A DNA stretch of 64,000 nt from an uncultured Desulfosarcina sp. (GCA_963674945.2 CAXXWQ010000004.1:544001-608000), one strand, 5' to 3'. Shown: positions 11,063 through 20,970, counted from the first letter of the stretch. Numbers and translations: made by a program. The notes: generated from the letters alone by a model not told the origin.

Positions 11063-11100
11063 AAAAAAGCCGCTTGAACAGGGAAAGCTGTCCAAGCGGC
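11063..11100 (-). terminator. Intrinsic terminator of the tRNA operon
   Basis: Minus strand GCCGCTTGGACAG/CTGTTCAAGCGGC hairpin followed by T6. Confidence 0.75.
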
Positions 11101-11131
11101 CGAAAACAGAAAGTAAAATATATGATAAAAG

Positions 11132-11209
11132 TGGCGTCCCCAAGGGGATTCGAACCCCTGTCGCCGGCGTGAAAGGCCGGTGTCCTGGGCCAGGCTAGAC
11201 GATGGGGAC
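11132..11209 (-). tRNA. tRNA-Glu (TTC)
   Basis: Acceptor GTCCCCA/TGGGGAC, anticodon arm CCGGC-CT-TTC-AC-GCCGG, GGTTCGAATCC, CCA end. Confidence 0.97.
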
Positions 11210-11231
11210 GCAAGCATTTTCCAAATTGTGA

Positions 11232-11304
11232 TGGGCCGTGTTGGACTCGAACCAACGACTCTCTGCTTAAAAGGCAGATACTCTACCGACTGAGTTAACG
11301 GCCC
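11232..11304 (-). tRNA. tRNA-Lys (TTT)
   Basis: Acceptor GGGCCGT/ACGGCCC, anticodon arm TCTGC-CT-TTT-AA-GCAGA, GGTTCGAGTCC; followed by TCA rather than CCA. Confidence 0.96.
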
Positions 11305-11393
11305 GAAGAGAAAAGCTGTAGATACCCAACAGACTGGCCGTTGTCAACAGAAAATGTCGAAAATTGCATTTTTTATTCAAGGAGGCCCGATTT

Positions 11394-12842
11394 TCATTTC
11401 CGCCAGAACTCGGGCACAACCAGGATGATTACGGTGTAGATTTCCAGCCGCCCCAGCAGCATGCACCAGGAGAGCAGCCACTTTCCCAGGCATGGAATCT
11501 GGGAAAAGTTTTCCGCCGGCCCCACCAGGCCGAATCCCGGACCAATGTTGCCGATGGTGGCGGCCGTGGCCCCCAGGGCAGTGACGAAATCGACGCCGAT
11601 CCCGGCCAGAAGAACCGTGGAGATGGCAAACAGGATCATGTACAAGGCCAAGAACCCGAGCACACTTCGGATCACATCCTCGGGAACCGGCTTTCCGCCG
11701 ATCTTGATCTGGGTGACGGCCCGGGGATGGATCATGGAAAACAGCTCTTTGTAGCAATACTTGAAGCAGAGCATGATGCGAAGGCACTTCATTCCCCCAC
11801 CTGTGGAGCCGGCCGACGCGCCGACGAACATGCAAATAAACAGGATAAGCTGGGACATGGCCGGCCACATCTCATAATCGGCCGTGGCGTACCCCGTGGT
11901 GGTGGCGATGGAGACCACCTGAAAGGCGGCGTAGCGCATGGCCTGGTCCATCTTTGCATAGACGGTTCCGTGGATGTTCCAGGCGACGAGGAGGGTCAAC
12001 ACGAGGCACATGGCCAGATAGAACTTGAATTCCGAATCCTTCCAGAAGGCCTTGGCATTGCCCTTGAGAAGCTGGTAATGAAGGGAAAAGTTGATGCCGG
12101 CCGCCAGCATGAACAGGGTGATGACCACATCGATATAAACGCTGTCGTAATGGGCCACCGAGGCGTTTTTCGTGGAAAACCCACCGGTGGGCATGGTGGT
12201 GAAGGCGTGATTTACGGCGTCGAAGAGGCTCATACCGCCGAATATCAGCAACACCACCTCGGCCACGGTCAAAAGCAGGTATACCTTCCACAAGACCATG
12301 GCCGTGTCCCTGATCCGGGGTTTGAGTTTGTCCGGCACGGGGCTGGGTACCTCAGCTTTGTAAAGCTGCATGCCGCCCACCCCTAAAAACGGCAGGATGG
12401 CGATGGACAGCACGATGATGCCCATTCCCCCCAGCCACTGGATAAAACTTCGCCAGATTAACAGCCCGGGGCTCAACCCTTCGATGTCGGTCAGAATGGA
12501 TGAACCGGTCGTGGTGAATCCGGAGACCGATTCGAAGAACGCATCGGCAAAGGTAAAGGAAGGGCCGGAAAAATAAAATGGCAATGCGCCGAAAAATCCG
12601 ACGACCGTCCACCCCAGCGCCACGATGGCCATGCCCTCCCGCTGGCTCATGGTCTCGCTCTTTTCCCTCCGGAACAGGACCGTCATGAGCCCGCCGAATC
12701 CTAAGGTGGCGCCCATGGCCTTGAGCATGGGAATCAGGCTTCGGTCCATGGCGTACAGATCGAAGGCCAGCGGCACCACCATGGTGCCACCGAAAAAGAG
12801 GATCAGCACCCCGATGATTTTCAGGATATAGGGCCAGCGCAA
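11394..12842 (-). CDS. trkH: Trk potassium uptake membrane protein
   Basis: FESVSGFTTTG, QWLGGMG, TGGFS, GSTGGGMK, GNIGPG, GRLE motifs. Confidence 0.95.
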   Translation of the reverse strand: MRWPYILKIIGVLILFFGGTMVVPLAFDLYAMDRSLIPMLKAMGATLGFGGLMTVLFRREKSETMSQREGMAIVALGWTVVGFFGALPFYFSGPSFTFADAFFESVSGFTTTGSSILTDIEGLSPGLLIWRSFIQWLGGMGIIVLSIAILPFLGVGGMQLYKAEVPSPVPDKLKPRIRDTAMVLWKVYLLLTVAEVVLLIFGGMSLFDAVNHAFTTMPTGGFSTKNASVAHYDSVYIDVVITLFMLAAGINFSLHYQLLKGNAKAFWKDSEFKFYLAMCLVLTLLVAWNIHGTVYAKMDQAMRYAAFQVVSIATTTGYATADYEMWPAMSQLILFICMFVGASAGSTGGGMKCLRIMLCFKYCYKELFSMIHPRAVTQIKIGGKPVPEDVIRSVLGFLALYMILFAISTVLLAGIGVDFVTALGATAATIGNIGPGFGLVGPAENFSQIPCLGKWLLSWCMLLGRLEIYTVIILVVPEFWRK

Positions 12843-14207
12843 TTATACATACTCCAGTTTTACGGTCAGAATTTTCTCCACACCGGCGATCGCCTCCCGT
12901 GTGGCGAAGATAATGATACGATCATCCGGCTCGATGACACTTTCCCCATCGGGTATGATGATCGTCTCCTTCCGGATGATACCGGCAACGATGGATCCTT
13001 TGGGCATGGATATCTTTTTCAACGGTTTCCCCACGATGGTGGACGTGGCCAGGGCCAACGCCTCCATCACCTCCCCGGCTTCCCCCTTGACGGATATGGC
13101 CGAGAGCACCTTTCCGCGACGGATATGCTGCAAGATGGTGTTGATGGCCGACAAGCGTGGACTCACGACCTGTTCGATGCCGATGGCGGACAGAAGCGGC
13201 AGATAACTGAATTTATTAATTTGGGTGATGGTTTTTGTGGCGCCCAACCGTTTTGACAAAAGGGATGCCAGAATATTGGTTTCGTCGTCGCCGGTAAGCG
13301 TCACCACCAGATCGGTATCGAAAATCCCCTCTTCCACCAGTAATCGCTGGTCCGAGCCGTCTCCGTGGAGAACGATGGTTCGATCCAGCCGCTCGGCCAG
13401 TAACGCGCATCGGGAGCCCCGTTTTTCAATCACCTTGCAGGAGATGGAACTCTCCTCCAGACGTTTGGCCAGACGGTAGCCGATTCGGCCGCCACCCACG
13501 ATCAGGACCCGTTTGACGGGTGTTACACGCTTTTCGAAAACGGAGAGGTGGCGGATCAGTTTGTCCGATTCGCTGATGAAATACACCAGATCGCCGGCAC
13601 GAAGCCGGTCCTTTCCCCGGGGGACGATCAACCGGTCGTCCCGGAACAGTGCGGCGATCAGGGGGCGATCTTCCTTGAAGAGTTTGGGAAAATCCACCAG
13701 TTGCACGCCGTCCAGACGCGAGTCCGAATCGAGATAGACCCCTACGAATTTGATTCTTCCATCGGCAAAAGAGGCAACGTCCACGGCTCCTGGAACGTGC
13801 ATGAGACGATCGATGGTTCGGACGACCTCGATGTCTGGATTGATGACCGTATCGATATGGGGCGGGTTCTGTTGGAACGCTTCGTGATACGACTCGAAAT
13901 CGGGAGCCCGCATTCGCAGCAGTTTCTTCGTGTTGGGAGAAATGGTATCGGTGACCAGGCAGGCCACCAGGTTCACCTCATCGGAATCGGTAACGGCAAG
14001 CATGATCTCGGCCTCCCGAATCTCCGCTGCCTCCAAAATGGCGGGACTGCTCCCCGACCCAAGCACCGTGTGGACATCGATACTGTCCGATATCCGTTTC
14101 AAGGCACCCGGATGGTGATCGATGACCACCACGTCCTTGTTTTCGTACGCCAGTCGGCTGGCGATATGAAACCCCACTTCGCCGGCACCCACGATGACTA
14201 TTTTCAC
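12843..14207 (-). CDS. trkA: Trk potassium transporter NAD-binding subunit
   Basis: Two RCK units (IVGAGEVG, IVGGGRIG); adjacent to trkH. Confidence 0.95.
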   Translation of the reverse strand: MKIVIVGAGEVGFHIASRLAYENKDVVVIDHHPGALKRISDSIDVHTVLGSGSSPAILEAAEIREAEIMLAVTDSDEVNLVACLVTDTISPNTKKLLRMRAPDFESYHEAFQQNPPHIDTVINPDIEVVRTIDRLMHVPGAVDVASFADGRIKFVGVYLDSDSRLDGVQLVDFPKLFKEDRPLIAALFRDDRLIVPRGKDRLRAGDLVYFISESDKLIRHLSVFEKRVTPVKRVLIVGGGRIGYRLAKRLEESSISCKVIEKRGSRCALLAERLDRTIVLHGDGSDQRLLVEEGIFDTDLVVTLTGDDETNILASLLSKRLGATKTITQINKFSYLPLLSAIGIEQVVSPRLSAINTILQHIRRGKVLSAISVKGEAGEVMEALALATSTIVGKPLKKISMPKGSIVAGIIRKETIIIPDGESVIEPDDRIIIFATREAIAGVEKILTVKLEYV

Positions 14208-14339
14208 ATCCAGACTCCTATCTGGTGTCTATCCAGAAATCGGAAAGTTTATTCGAGATCTCCCGCTGAAAATCAAACGGGACGAAAAATAATATCGGCC
14301 AAAGCTAAGATTGATGAACATGTAAAAAGTCGCTGTTCG

Positions 14340-14464
14340 GACGGGTTCGTAAAAAGTTCGAGATCAAGGCTTGCGATTCCCGAGGAATGAGGCGTATGGT
14401 TGGATACGTCGCAGTGACGAGGGATGAAGCGTAACGCCGATATCGGACTTTTTACGAACCCGTC
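14340..14464. repeat. ~125-bp palindromic dispersed repeat (MITE/REP-like), copy 1
   Basis: TIR GACGGGTTCGTAAAAAGT/ACTTTTTACGAACCCGTC; near-identical copies at 17880 and 41010. Confidence 0.9.
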
Positions 14465-14637
14465 AAGATTGGCTTGACCGTTTCTGGATGAGCACAATAA
14501 ATCACGCCGTTTACCATGTCAATCGGTGGCATTCTTTCTTAACTATCACGCCAAAGAGAATTTCACAAAGGAACAAATCCGAGTCTGCCACCATATCCAA
14601 CGGAAAATGCCAGGATACGGAAGGGTATCGTCAGCCG

Positions 14638-15378
14638 TCAGGGAAAGAGCAACGTCAAACCGATGATTGCACCCAAGGCGAAGGCCACAGTGTCCTGTCG
14701 TGAAAAGGATAGTTCGGGCAGGGTTCGATGTTCATTGTAGCACCGGGCCTGCAAAGCCACGGTCAACTCATCGGCACTCAGAAAAACACGGCGAAACAGA
14801 CAGATGGCAAAAATCATCATGCGCCCTGCGGGATTCTTTCGCTGTTCGATGCCCCTTGCCCGCTGGGCACTTGTGATTTCACCGGCCTGAAACAGAACCA
14901 TCGGCAAAAAGCGAACGATCAGCCCCACCATGGTCCCGGCCATCTTTTCGTTCACGAGGGGAACCGGTTTCAAAAACCAGATCAGTGCGGCGCGGATATG
15001 GGCGATCCGCGTGGTGGCCACCAATAAGAGCCCCATCACCACCATGAGCAGGAGGCGCCAGCACAGCATCAAGGCATCCATCGCCTCTCTGGCATCCACG
15101 CCGGGTGTCCAATGATGGTCCAGGGTGACGGTCCGAACAATGAAAACAAAGCACAAAAAGAGGATGAAATAGCGGATTTCGAAAATCAAACGGTGGATTC
15201 GAAGGCCGGCGGCATGGACGCAAAGCAGAAGGGACAGGGAAAAAAAGAGGAGAAAGATCAGTTCGCCCCACATGCTCGCAACACTCAGAGACATGAGCAG
15301 AATCTGTTTGGTCCGCGGGTCCAACCGGTGAAGGGGGGAGTGACCGGGTGTAAAGCCGATGGTGTTCATATCGCCCAT
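14638..15378 (-). CDS. ECF transporter T component (BioN/CbiQ-like)
   Basis: SPLHRLDPRTK, AQRARG and ALQARCY motifs. Confidence 0.9.
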   Translation of the reverse strand: MGDMNTIGFTPGHSPLHRLDPRTKQILLMSLSVASMWGELIFLLFFSLSLLLCVHAAGLRIHRLIFEIRYFILFLCFVFIVRTVTLDHHWTPGVDAREAMDALMLCWRLLLMVVMGLLLVATTRIAHIRAALIWFLKPVPLVNEKMAGTMVGLIVRFLPMVLFQAGEITSAQRARGIEQRKNPAGRMMIFAICLFRRVFLSADELTVALQARCYNEHRTLPELSFSRQDTVAFALGAIIGLTLLFP

Positions 15379-16115
15379 GACCGTATCCCTCTTCCCATCT
15401 GCACGGAGCACGGCGGCCGGATGCCGTATCGTGCGACGTCGTGTACCACCTTTTCCGGGAGGCCGTCTTCCACCACCCTTCCCTTTTCCATGACCACCAA
15501 TCGCTGGGCGAGAAAGATCACCTTCTCCAGGTCGTGAGTGGTGATGATGATGGTTCGGCCTTTTTCGTGCAGGGCGGCGATCTGATCAATCACCATGCAG
15601 GCCGCGGGATAGTCCAGGTTGGAAAAAGGCTCGTCCATGAGCAGCACGCTGGGCGCCATTGCCAATACACCGGCGATGGCCAGCCTGCGCTTTTCTCCGC
15701 CGGACAGGTGGTGGGGCCGTTTATCCTCAAATCCGGCCATATCCACGGCATCAAGGGCCTTTGCCACACGCCGGTCGATTTCAGAACGGGCAAGCCCCAA
15801 ATTTTCCGGACCAAAAGCCACATCGTCGTATACGGTTTCACCGACGATCTGGCTGTCGGCATCCTGAAACACCATGCCCACCCGCCTGCGCGCACCCATG
15901 GGATCTTTCTTCACCGATCGTCCGCAAACGGTCACAGACCCGTCATCGGCCAAGAGCAGACCGTTGAGATGACGAAGCAGGGTTGTTTTTCCCGATCCGT
16001 TGGCGCCGGCGATGATGGTCAGTTCCCCTTCGGCAAAAGAGAGACTGACGTCGGAAATCGCCTGGGTGCCATCGCTGAATCGATGACTGAGGCCGAGGAC
16101 CTCGATGATGGCCAT
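15366..16115 (-). CDS. ECF transporter ATPase (BioM/CbiO-like)
   Basis: GANGSGKT, VAFGPENLG, LSGGEK, DEP, THD. Confidence 0.92.
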   Translation of the reverse strand: MAIIEVLGLSHRFSDGTQAISDVSLSFAEGELTIIAGANGSGKTTLLRHLNGLLLADDGSVTVCGRSVKKDPMGARRRVGMVFQDADSQIVGETVYDDVAFGPENLGLARSEIDRRVAKALDAVDMAGFEDKRPHHLSGGEKRRLAIAGVLAMAPSVLLMDEPFSNLDYPAACMVIDQIAALHEKGRTIIITTHDLEKVIFLAQRLVVMEKGRVVEDGLPEKVVHDVARYGIRPPCSVQMGRGIRSWAI

Positions 16116-16120
16116 CTGAT

Positions 16121-16681
16121 CTATCCTGCGGCCCGCACCGGGTGAAAGGTATCATCGATGATGGGCCGCAAAGCTCTTGCGATGGGAATGGCCGCTGCGA
16201 TCTTCAGGACATCGCCGATCAAAAACGGGAGCATGCCGGCGGAAATCGCCGCTGCATAGCTCATTCCCGTAACCACCTTGAGCCAGCTGACGCCGAATCC
16301 GTATAAGACCAGAGTACCGGCGACCATGGCCAATACGTCCGTGACCACACGGGCGCCGCCCTTTCGGGAAATGGCGCCGATCAGGTAAACGGAGGCGATG
16401 TACCCCAGAAGATACCCCCCGGTGGGTCCTATGAATTTTGCCACGCCGCCGGTGCCCCCTGCGAATACGGGAAGCCCCACCGCACCGGCCAGCAGGTAGG
16501 CCCCGACGCTGATCAGCCCCCATCGTCCACCCAGTAACAGGCCCGTCAGCATGACGAACATGTTTTGCAGGACGATGGGTACCGGACCGATGGGAATCGC
16601 AATATATGCCCCGGCTGCGGTCAAGGCCGCCATGAGGGAGGCGTACACCATGCGTTTCAATTGTTGGGTTGTCGGTTCCAT
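16121..16681 (-). CDS. bioY: Biotin transporter S component
   Basis: PVPIVLQ, GLPVFAGG, GPTGGYLLG, PFLIGD; downstream of birA. Confidence 0.93.
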   Translation of the reverse strand: MEPTTQQLKRMVYASLMAALTAAGAYIAIPIGPVPIVLQNMFVMLTGLLLGGRWGLISVGAYLLAGAVGLPVFAGGTGGVAKFIGPTGGYLLGYIASVYLIGAISRKGGARVVTDVLAMVAGTLVLYGFGVSWLKVVTGMSYAAAISAGMLPFLIGDVLKIAAAIPIARALRPIIDDTFHPVRAAG

Positions 16682-16783
16682 GGATCGTTGGTTTTCCTTT
16701 GGTACCCATACGGAAATGGCCGATTTCCGAATGAGCAACTTGTGTAATCGGCATTCATCTAATTTGGATATATCTATTTGTTA

Positions 16784-17710
16784 TTACCGGTGGAAGCAAT
16801 CGCCGTGAATCACGGTCTGCCGCCTGCCGTCGGCTGCTTGCACGATCAGCCCGCCCTGCCCGTCCACATCCAGTGCCGTGCCTTCGACCCGATCGTTGAA
16901 GGTTACGATGCGAACCTTCCGGCCGAGGGTCACATTGAGCGATCGCCAGGTTTCGATCACGTCCGAAGAGGAAAAATGGATGATCCGCCGTTCGAATGCA
17001 TCCAAAAACGCCGCCAGGATCTTTCTGCGCGGCACAGACCGCCCCAACAGGGATTTCAGGGAAATGGCCACGGGCTCCTCGAGTTCCGGCGAATTGTTGA
17101 CGTTGAGGCCGATGCCGACGTTCACGTGGACCAGCCGGTCCCCTTCCGCTTCCATCTGGGACAACACGCCGCAGACCTTGCGGTCTCCCACCAGAATATC
17201 ATTGGGCCATTTCACGCCGGCATCGATGCCATGGGCAGAACGAAGCAGCGCGGCCATGTCCACGGCTGCCGCAAGATTCACGAGTCCCACATGTTCCAGC
17301 GGAATGTTCGGCCGAACGACGACGGTGAAATAAAGACCGCCGTCTGCCGATCGCCAGATCCGTTGCATGCGCCCCCTGCCCTTGGTTTGCCGCTGGGCCA
17401 CGGCGACGGTGAAGTCCGGGCAGCTTTTTCGGGCAAGGATCATGGCCTCGTCCATGGTGGAGGAAGTCTGCGCGAAAAAGTGAATACGATCCTTTCGGCT
17501 GCCGAAGGCCCACGGGAAAAGATGATCCGGATCACGGTCCAAGCGGTATCCCTTGGGGGTCGAAGCGATGGGAATACCCGATTGCACCATCTTCTTGACA
17601 TGTTTCCAGACCGAGACCCTGCTGACGCCCAGGGCGGCACTGAGGGTTTCACCGGACACGATGTCGTCGGCGTCATCGAGGATGTCGAGAATTTTCTGTT
17701 TCGCGGCCAT
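16784..17710 (-). CDS. birA: Bifunctional biotin ligase/repressor (class II, N-terminal HTH)
   Basis: SGETLSAALGVSRVSVWKH HTH; QTKGRGR, KWPND, KVCGVL, GIGLNV. Confidence 0.95.
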   Translation of the reverse strand: MAAKQKILDILDDADDIVSGETLSAALGVSRVSVWKHVKKMVQSGIPIASTPKGYRLDRDPDHLFPWAFGSRKDRIHFFAQTSSTMDEAMILARKSCPDFTVAVAQRQTKGRGRMQRIWRSADGGLYFTVVVRPNIPLEHVGLVNLAAAVDMAALLRSAHGIDAGVKWPNDILVGDRKVCGVLSQMEAEGDRLVHVNVGIGLNVNNSPELEEPVAISLKSLLGRSVPRRKILAAFLDAFERRIIHFSSSDVIETWRSLNVTLGRKVRIVTFNDRVEGTALDVDGQGGLIVQAADGRRQTVIHGDCFHR

Positions 17711-17713
17711 CTG

Positions 17714-17741
17714 GTTAACCTCTTCCGAAGAGGTGGTTAAC
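17714..17741. promoter_or_regulatory. BirA operator-like palindrome
   Basis: GTTAACC-N14-GGTTAAC immediately upstream of the birA start codon. Confidence 0.75.
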
Positions 17742-17812
17742 TACATTGCCGATGGGAAGTCAACAATGATTTTGGCAGGATTGTCCATGGAGTTGAAAAA
17801 ACACCGACCAAT

Positions 17813-17853
17813 GAACGCTGAACATCGAACGTCCAACCTCGAAGTTCGAATAA
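17813..17853 (+). repeat. Degenerate heptamer tandem repeat (GAACRTC-like, 5-6 units)
   Basis: gaacgct gaacatc gaacgtc caacctc gaagttc gaataa. Confidence 0.55.
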
Positions 17854-17879
17854 GGCATTCTGTCGATCTCACGGGTCCA

Positions 17880-18003
17880 GACGGCTTCGTAAAAAATTCG
17901 AGATCAAGGATTGCGAGTCCCGAGGAATGAGGCGTACTTATAATGCGTCGCAGTGACGAGGGATGAAGCGTAACGCCGATATCGGACTTTTTACGAAGCC
18001 GGC
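17880..18003. repeat. ~125-bp palindromic dispersed repeat, copy 2
   Basis: Aligns end to end with 14340-14464. Confidence 0.9.
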
Positions 18004-18005
18004 AT

Positions 18006-19019
18006 CTACCAACGCATCAATATGGAGCCGTAAGTAAGTCCGGCACCGAATGCGTCGAGCAGCACCAACTGCCCCTTTTTTATTTTTCCTTCCCGTACCG
18101 CCTCATCCAGGGCAGTGGGAATGGTTGCCGCAGAGGTGTTGCCAAAACGCTCTAAATTGACCACGACTTTTTCCATGGGACACCCCAGGCGTTTGGAAAC
18201 GGCCTCGATGATCCGGTAGTTGGCCTGGTGGGGAATGAACCAGTCGAGATCGTCGATGGAAAAACCGTTTTCCGATAGAGAACGGTTAGCGAAATCGGTG
18301 AGGGTACGAACGGCAACCTTAAAAAGCTCCTTGCCGTGCATTCGTATTTTGTGCAGATTTTTTGAAAATCGTTCCGGCGTCGTTTCCATTCTCGAACCGC
18401 CGGAGGGGACATGGAGCAGCTCACACAGATTTCCATCGGACAACAGATGGCTGGAAAGGATGCGGGAGGGTGCGTCGGCGTCACATCGCTCCACGATGGC
18501 AGCCCCCGCACCGTCTCCGAAGATGATGCAGGATCCCCGGTCCCTCCAGTTGATAAGTTGGCTGAAGATATCCGCCCCCACGACCAGAACCGTACTAGTC
18601 TGACCGGATTGGATGAATTTTTCGGCGGTAGCCAAGCCGTAGATAAATCCTGAACAGGCGGCATTGACATCCATGGCCCAGGCCCTTGGCGCACCGATCT
18701 TATACTGAAGCCAGCATGCGGTCGATGGCATCAAGGTATCCGGCGAACAGGTGGCGTATATGATCTGGTCGATATCTTCCGGCTTTCGGCCGGCCATTTC
18801 CAAGGCCTGTGTTGCCGCCACCATGCCCAACGACGAGTTGTATTCATCGGGATTCTGCGGGTCGGAGAAACGCCTCTCCAGGATTCCTGTTCGCTCACGA
18901 ATCCATCGGTCGTCGGTGGTGATATTGTCTCTCTCCAGCCGATCGATGATATCTTCGTTGGTCACCCGGTTTTCAGGAAAAGCGCTGCCTGTCCCCGTTA
19001 TTCTAGCGGCATACCTCAT
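18006..19019 (-). CDS. fabH: 3-oxoacyl-ACP synthase III
   Basis: WIRERTGI, AACSG, FGDGAGA, PHQAN, GNTSAA, FGAGLT. Confidence 0.9.
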   Translation of the reverse strand: MRYAARITGTGSAFPENRVTNEDIIDRLERDNITTDDRWIRERTGILERRFSDPQNPDEYNSSLGMVAATQALEMAGRKPEDIDQIIYATCSPDTLMPSTACWLQYKIGAPRAWAMDVNAACSGFIYGLATAEKFIQSGQTSTVLVVGADIFSQLINWRDRGSCIIFGDGAGAAIVERCDADAPSRILSSHLLSDGNLCELLHVPSGGSRMETTPERFSKNLHKIRMHGKELFKVAVRTLTDFANRSLSENGFSIDDLDWFIPHQANYRIIEAVSKRLGCPMEKVVVNLERFGNTSAATIPTALDEAVREGKIKKGQLVLLDAFGAGLTYGSILMRW

Positions 19020-19055
19020 TATGAATCCCAACCTCCGCAGACAGATGAAAGGACC

Positions 19056-19190
19056 GAGAGTCAACGACCACCCGCAAGGCGGGAGGCTTGGATGTTCGGT
19101 CCAACTGCCGCATATCCCAAAGCACGTTACATGCTGTATCGTTCGGGTTGTAACCGGGCGCGAAGTGCCCGGTTTGAATGCAACGAATCA
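19056..19190. repeat. ~135-nt multi-hairpin dispersed repeat, copy A
   Basis: Reverse complement aligns with 48418-48551; stems preserved. Confidence 0.8.
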
Positions 19191-19727
19191 GCCTGAACCG
19201 GAGTTCTTTCCAAAGCGATGAAAAGTCTCTTAATCATCTGTTTTTTAAATAATTTTGTATACTTCGGAAGTGCAACTAATGGAAACCCGTAGCAATGTCA
19301 AGATTTTTCCTCTTCATAAGCAGGTAAACATAAACAACGGCCGATTACCATAGATGGCATCCATTTCCCAAATTCGGGAGGAACACGGGAATCGACATTG
19401 TTACAACCACGTCCCTGGCGCACCCTTTTTGGTTCTGGACATGAAAGCCGAATGTTACGTCAATCCGTCAACGACGAACCTTCGTATAAAGTTCTCTTTA
19501 TACTCAATATGCTCTCATATGTGAATTTATTTTTTCATAATGAGATAACGGGTTTCGGATTTTTGAGGAAATCATCGAGCCGTCGGTTCAGAATTCCAGG
19601 ATATTTTTTAGAAAAATTGGAAACGCGCGATATTGGTGGAAAAAAGGTGATTCGCCGGCAATACGTGAGTTACAGTGGAGATCTCGAAAGCCCGGAGCCA
19701 AACGAGGAGGGTGTTGGAATCGAGCGA

Positions 19728-19976
19728 TTACGAAATTTCGAATCGAATATAATATGGAATCGTATGAATCACTCTGTCCGCCAACCGTCTGCACGCACCA
19801 TGATCGCTCAGCCACATGCTCATATGATAAAGCCCATGGTAATAGACCATGGGAAGCACGGTCACGCGCCAGAGGTCGGATAATTGTCGATCTGCCCAAT
19901 AGTAGATTTTTAATAAATTCAAGGCATAAGATACTTTTCTGATCGGCAGCAAAAAGGCTTTCTTCAGGCGTCTCAT
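19728..19976 (-). CDS. Hypothetical small protein
   Basis: GGAGGGAG before ATG (MRRLKK...); no recognisable domain. Confidence 0.35.
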   Translation of the reverse strand: MRRLKKAFLLPIRKVSYALNLLKIYYWADRQLSDLWRVTVLPMVYYHGLYHMSMWLSDHGACRRLADRVIHTIPYYIRFEIS

Positions 19977-20125
19977 CTCTCCCTCCATTATTCTCCGATA
20001 TCGGGAGATACGCCACAAACTTTATTCAGCCGGAGATCTTTTTTCCCAAAATAACAATCGACCGGACAATATTTGACCGATCGAGCAGCAGTCGTGTATT
20101 TCCTTGAGATTCCAAGTGCAGGTTA

Positions 20126-20524
20126 TCACCCGTCATTTCGAAGTAAATAAAAACAAACGGGCGCGACGGCGGTCCAGATGAGCACCAGCAGCCATACACG
20201 CCCTTTAAAGATATTGTAGTCGTGAAACAGCCTCTGCCATGGATGTTCCATCACCCAGTGGCCGAATACAAATTCGAAAGCGACGGTCATCATCAACCAG
20301 GTCCCGCCGATGGCAATGGCCTGTCTGGATGATTCCATCGGATATATACCACTGAGAATCCAAATATACGTCCCGAACAGAATGAGTCCGATAAGCGTTG
20401 ACAACTGATGGGCAGACAACTCACTCATGGCAGGGCCATACACCTTCTCGCGAACCGCTCCGTTGATGATGGCAAGGACCAACAGGCCGATCCAGAATGC
20501 CATGTAAATGCAAAAGGTTTTCAT
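20126..20524 (-). CDS. Conserved hypothetical 4-TM membrane protein
   Basis: NGAVRE..Y, AHQLST, FEFVFGH, DYNIFKGRVW pattern. Confidence 0.75.
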   Translation of the reverse strand: MKTFCIYMAFWIGLLVLAIINGAVREKVYGPAMSELSAHQLSTLIGLILFGTYIWILSGIYPMESSRQAIAIGGTWLMMTVAFEFVFGHWVMEHPWQRLFHDYNIFKGRVWLLVLIWTAVAPVCFYLLRNDG

Positions 20525-20737
20525 ACTGATGGTTCCATCGGATTCGTTTTTTTGCCACTTAAAGAGAAATTACCGTATCCCGCTGCCGGGTTATATAACA
20601 AAACCCTTCCCGGGGAAAAACCCAAAATGATTGAATGAAGCGACTGGACCGGAATTGGAAAAATGCTTGCAAAGATGTGCTTGTTGCCCTAATACACGTA
20701 CACGATTTCAGGCGCGACGCCCGCCACCAACCATATC

Positions 20738-20813
20738 GCCCCCGTAGCTCAGGGGATAGAGCATCGGATTCCTAATCCGTGTGCCGCAGGTTCGAATCCT
20801 GCCGGGGGCACCA
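20738..20813 (+). tRNA. tRNA-Arg (CCT)
   Basis: Acceptor GCCCCCG/CGGGGGC, anticodon loop TT-CCT-AA, GGTTCGAATCC, ACCA end. Confidence 0.96.
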
Positions 20814-20840
20814 AATATGGGGGTGCAGACTATCTCAGAA

Positions 20841-20970
20841 ATTTAACGCCGAATTAAGGGGCCGGGAAACAATGACCGAAAAACTATGCAAAAGGCAAAA
20901 AAGTCCGACCCAGAATAAATTTTAAAAGTGGCACGGATTTTCCCGGTCCCACTTAAATGACAGGTTAGCC
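20841..20970 (-). other. Integron attC recombination site (130 bp)
   Basis: Minus strand GGCTAAC..TTTAAGTGGGACCGGGAAA...TTTCCCGGCCCCTTAATTCGGC-GTTAAAT; long imperfect palindrome about 20 nt after the stop of 20990-21649. Confidence 0.8.

Noticed and set aside
10884..11255. ORFs overlapping the tRNAs
   Set aside because: Translations of tRNA sequence
11364..17740. Long plus-strand ORFs (11364-12386, 13548-14390, 15441-16145, 16778-17740)
   Set aside because: Antisense shadows of well-supported GC-rich genes
19056..19190. 6S RNA or IscB omegaRNA/HEARO
   Set aside because: Only the first hairpin resembles an IS200/IS605 end; no iscB/tnpB nearby and no long rod-like 6S pairing
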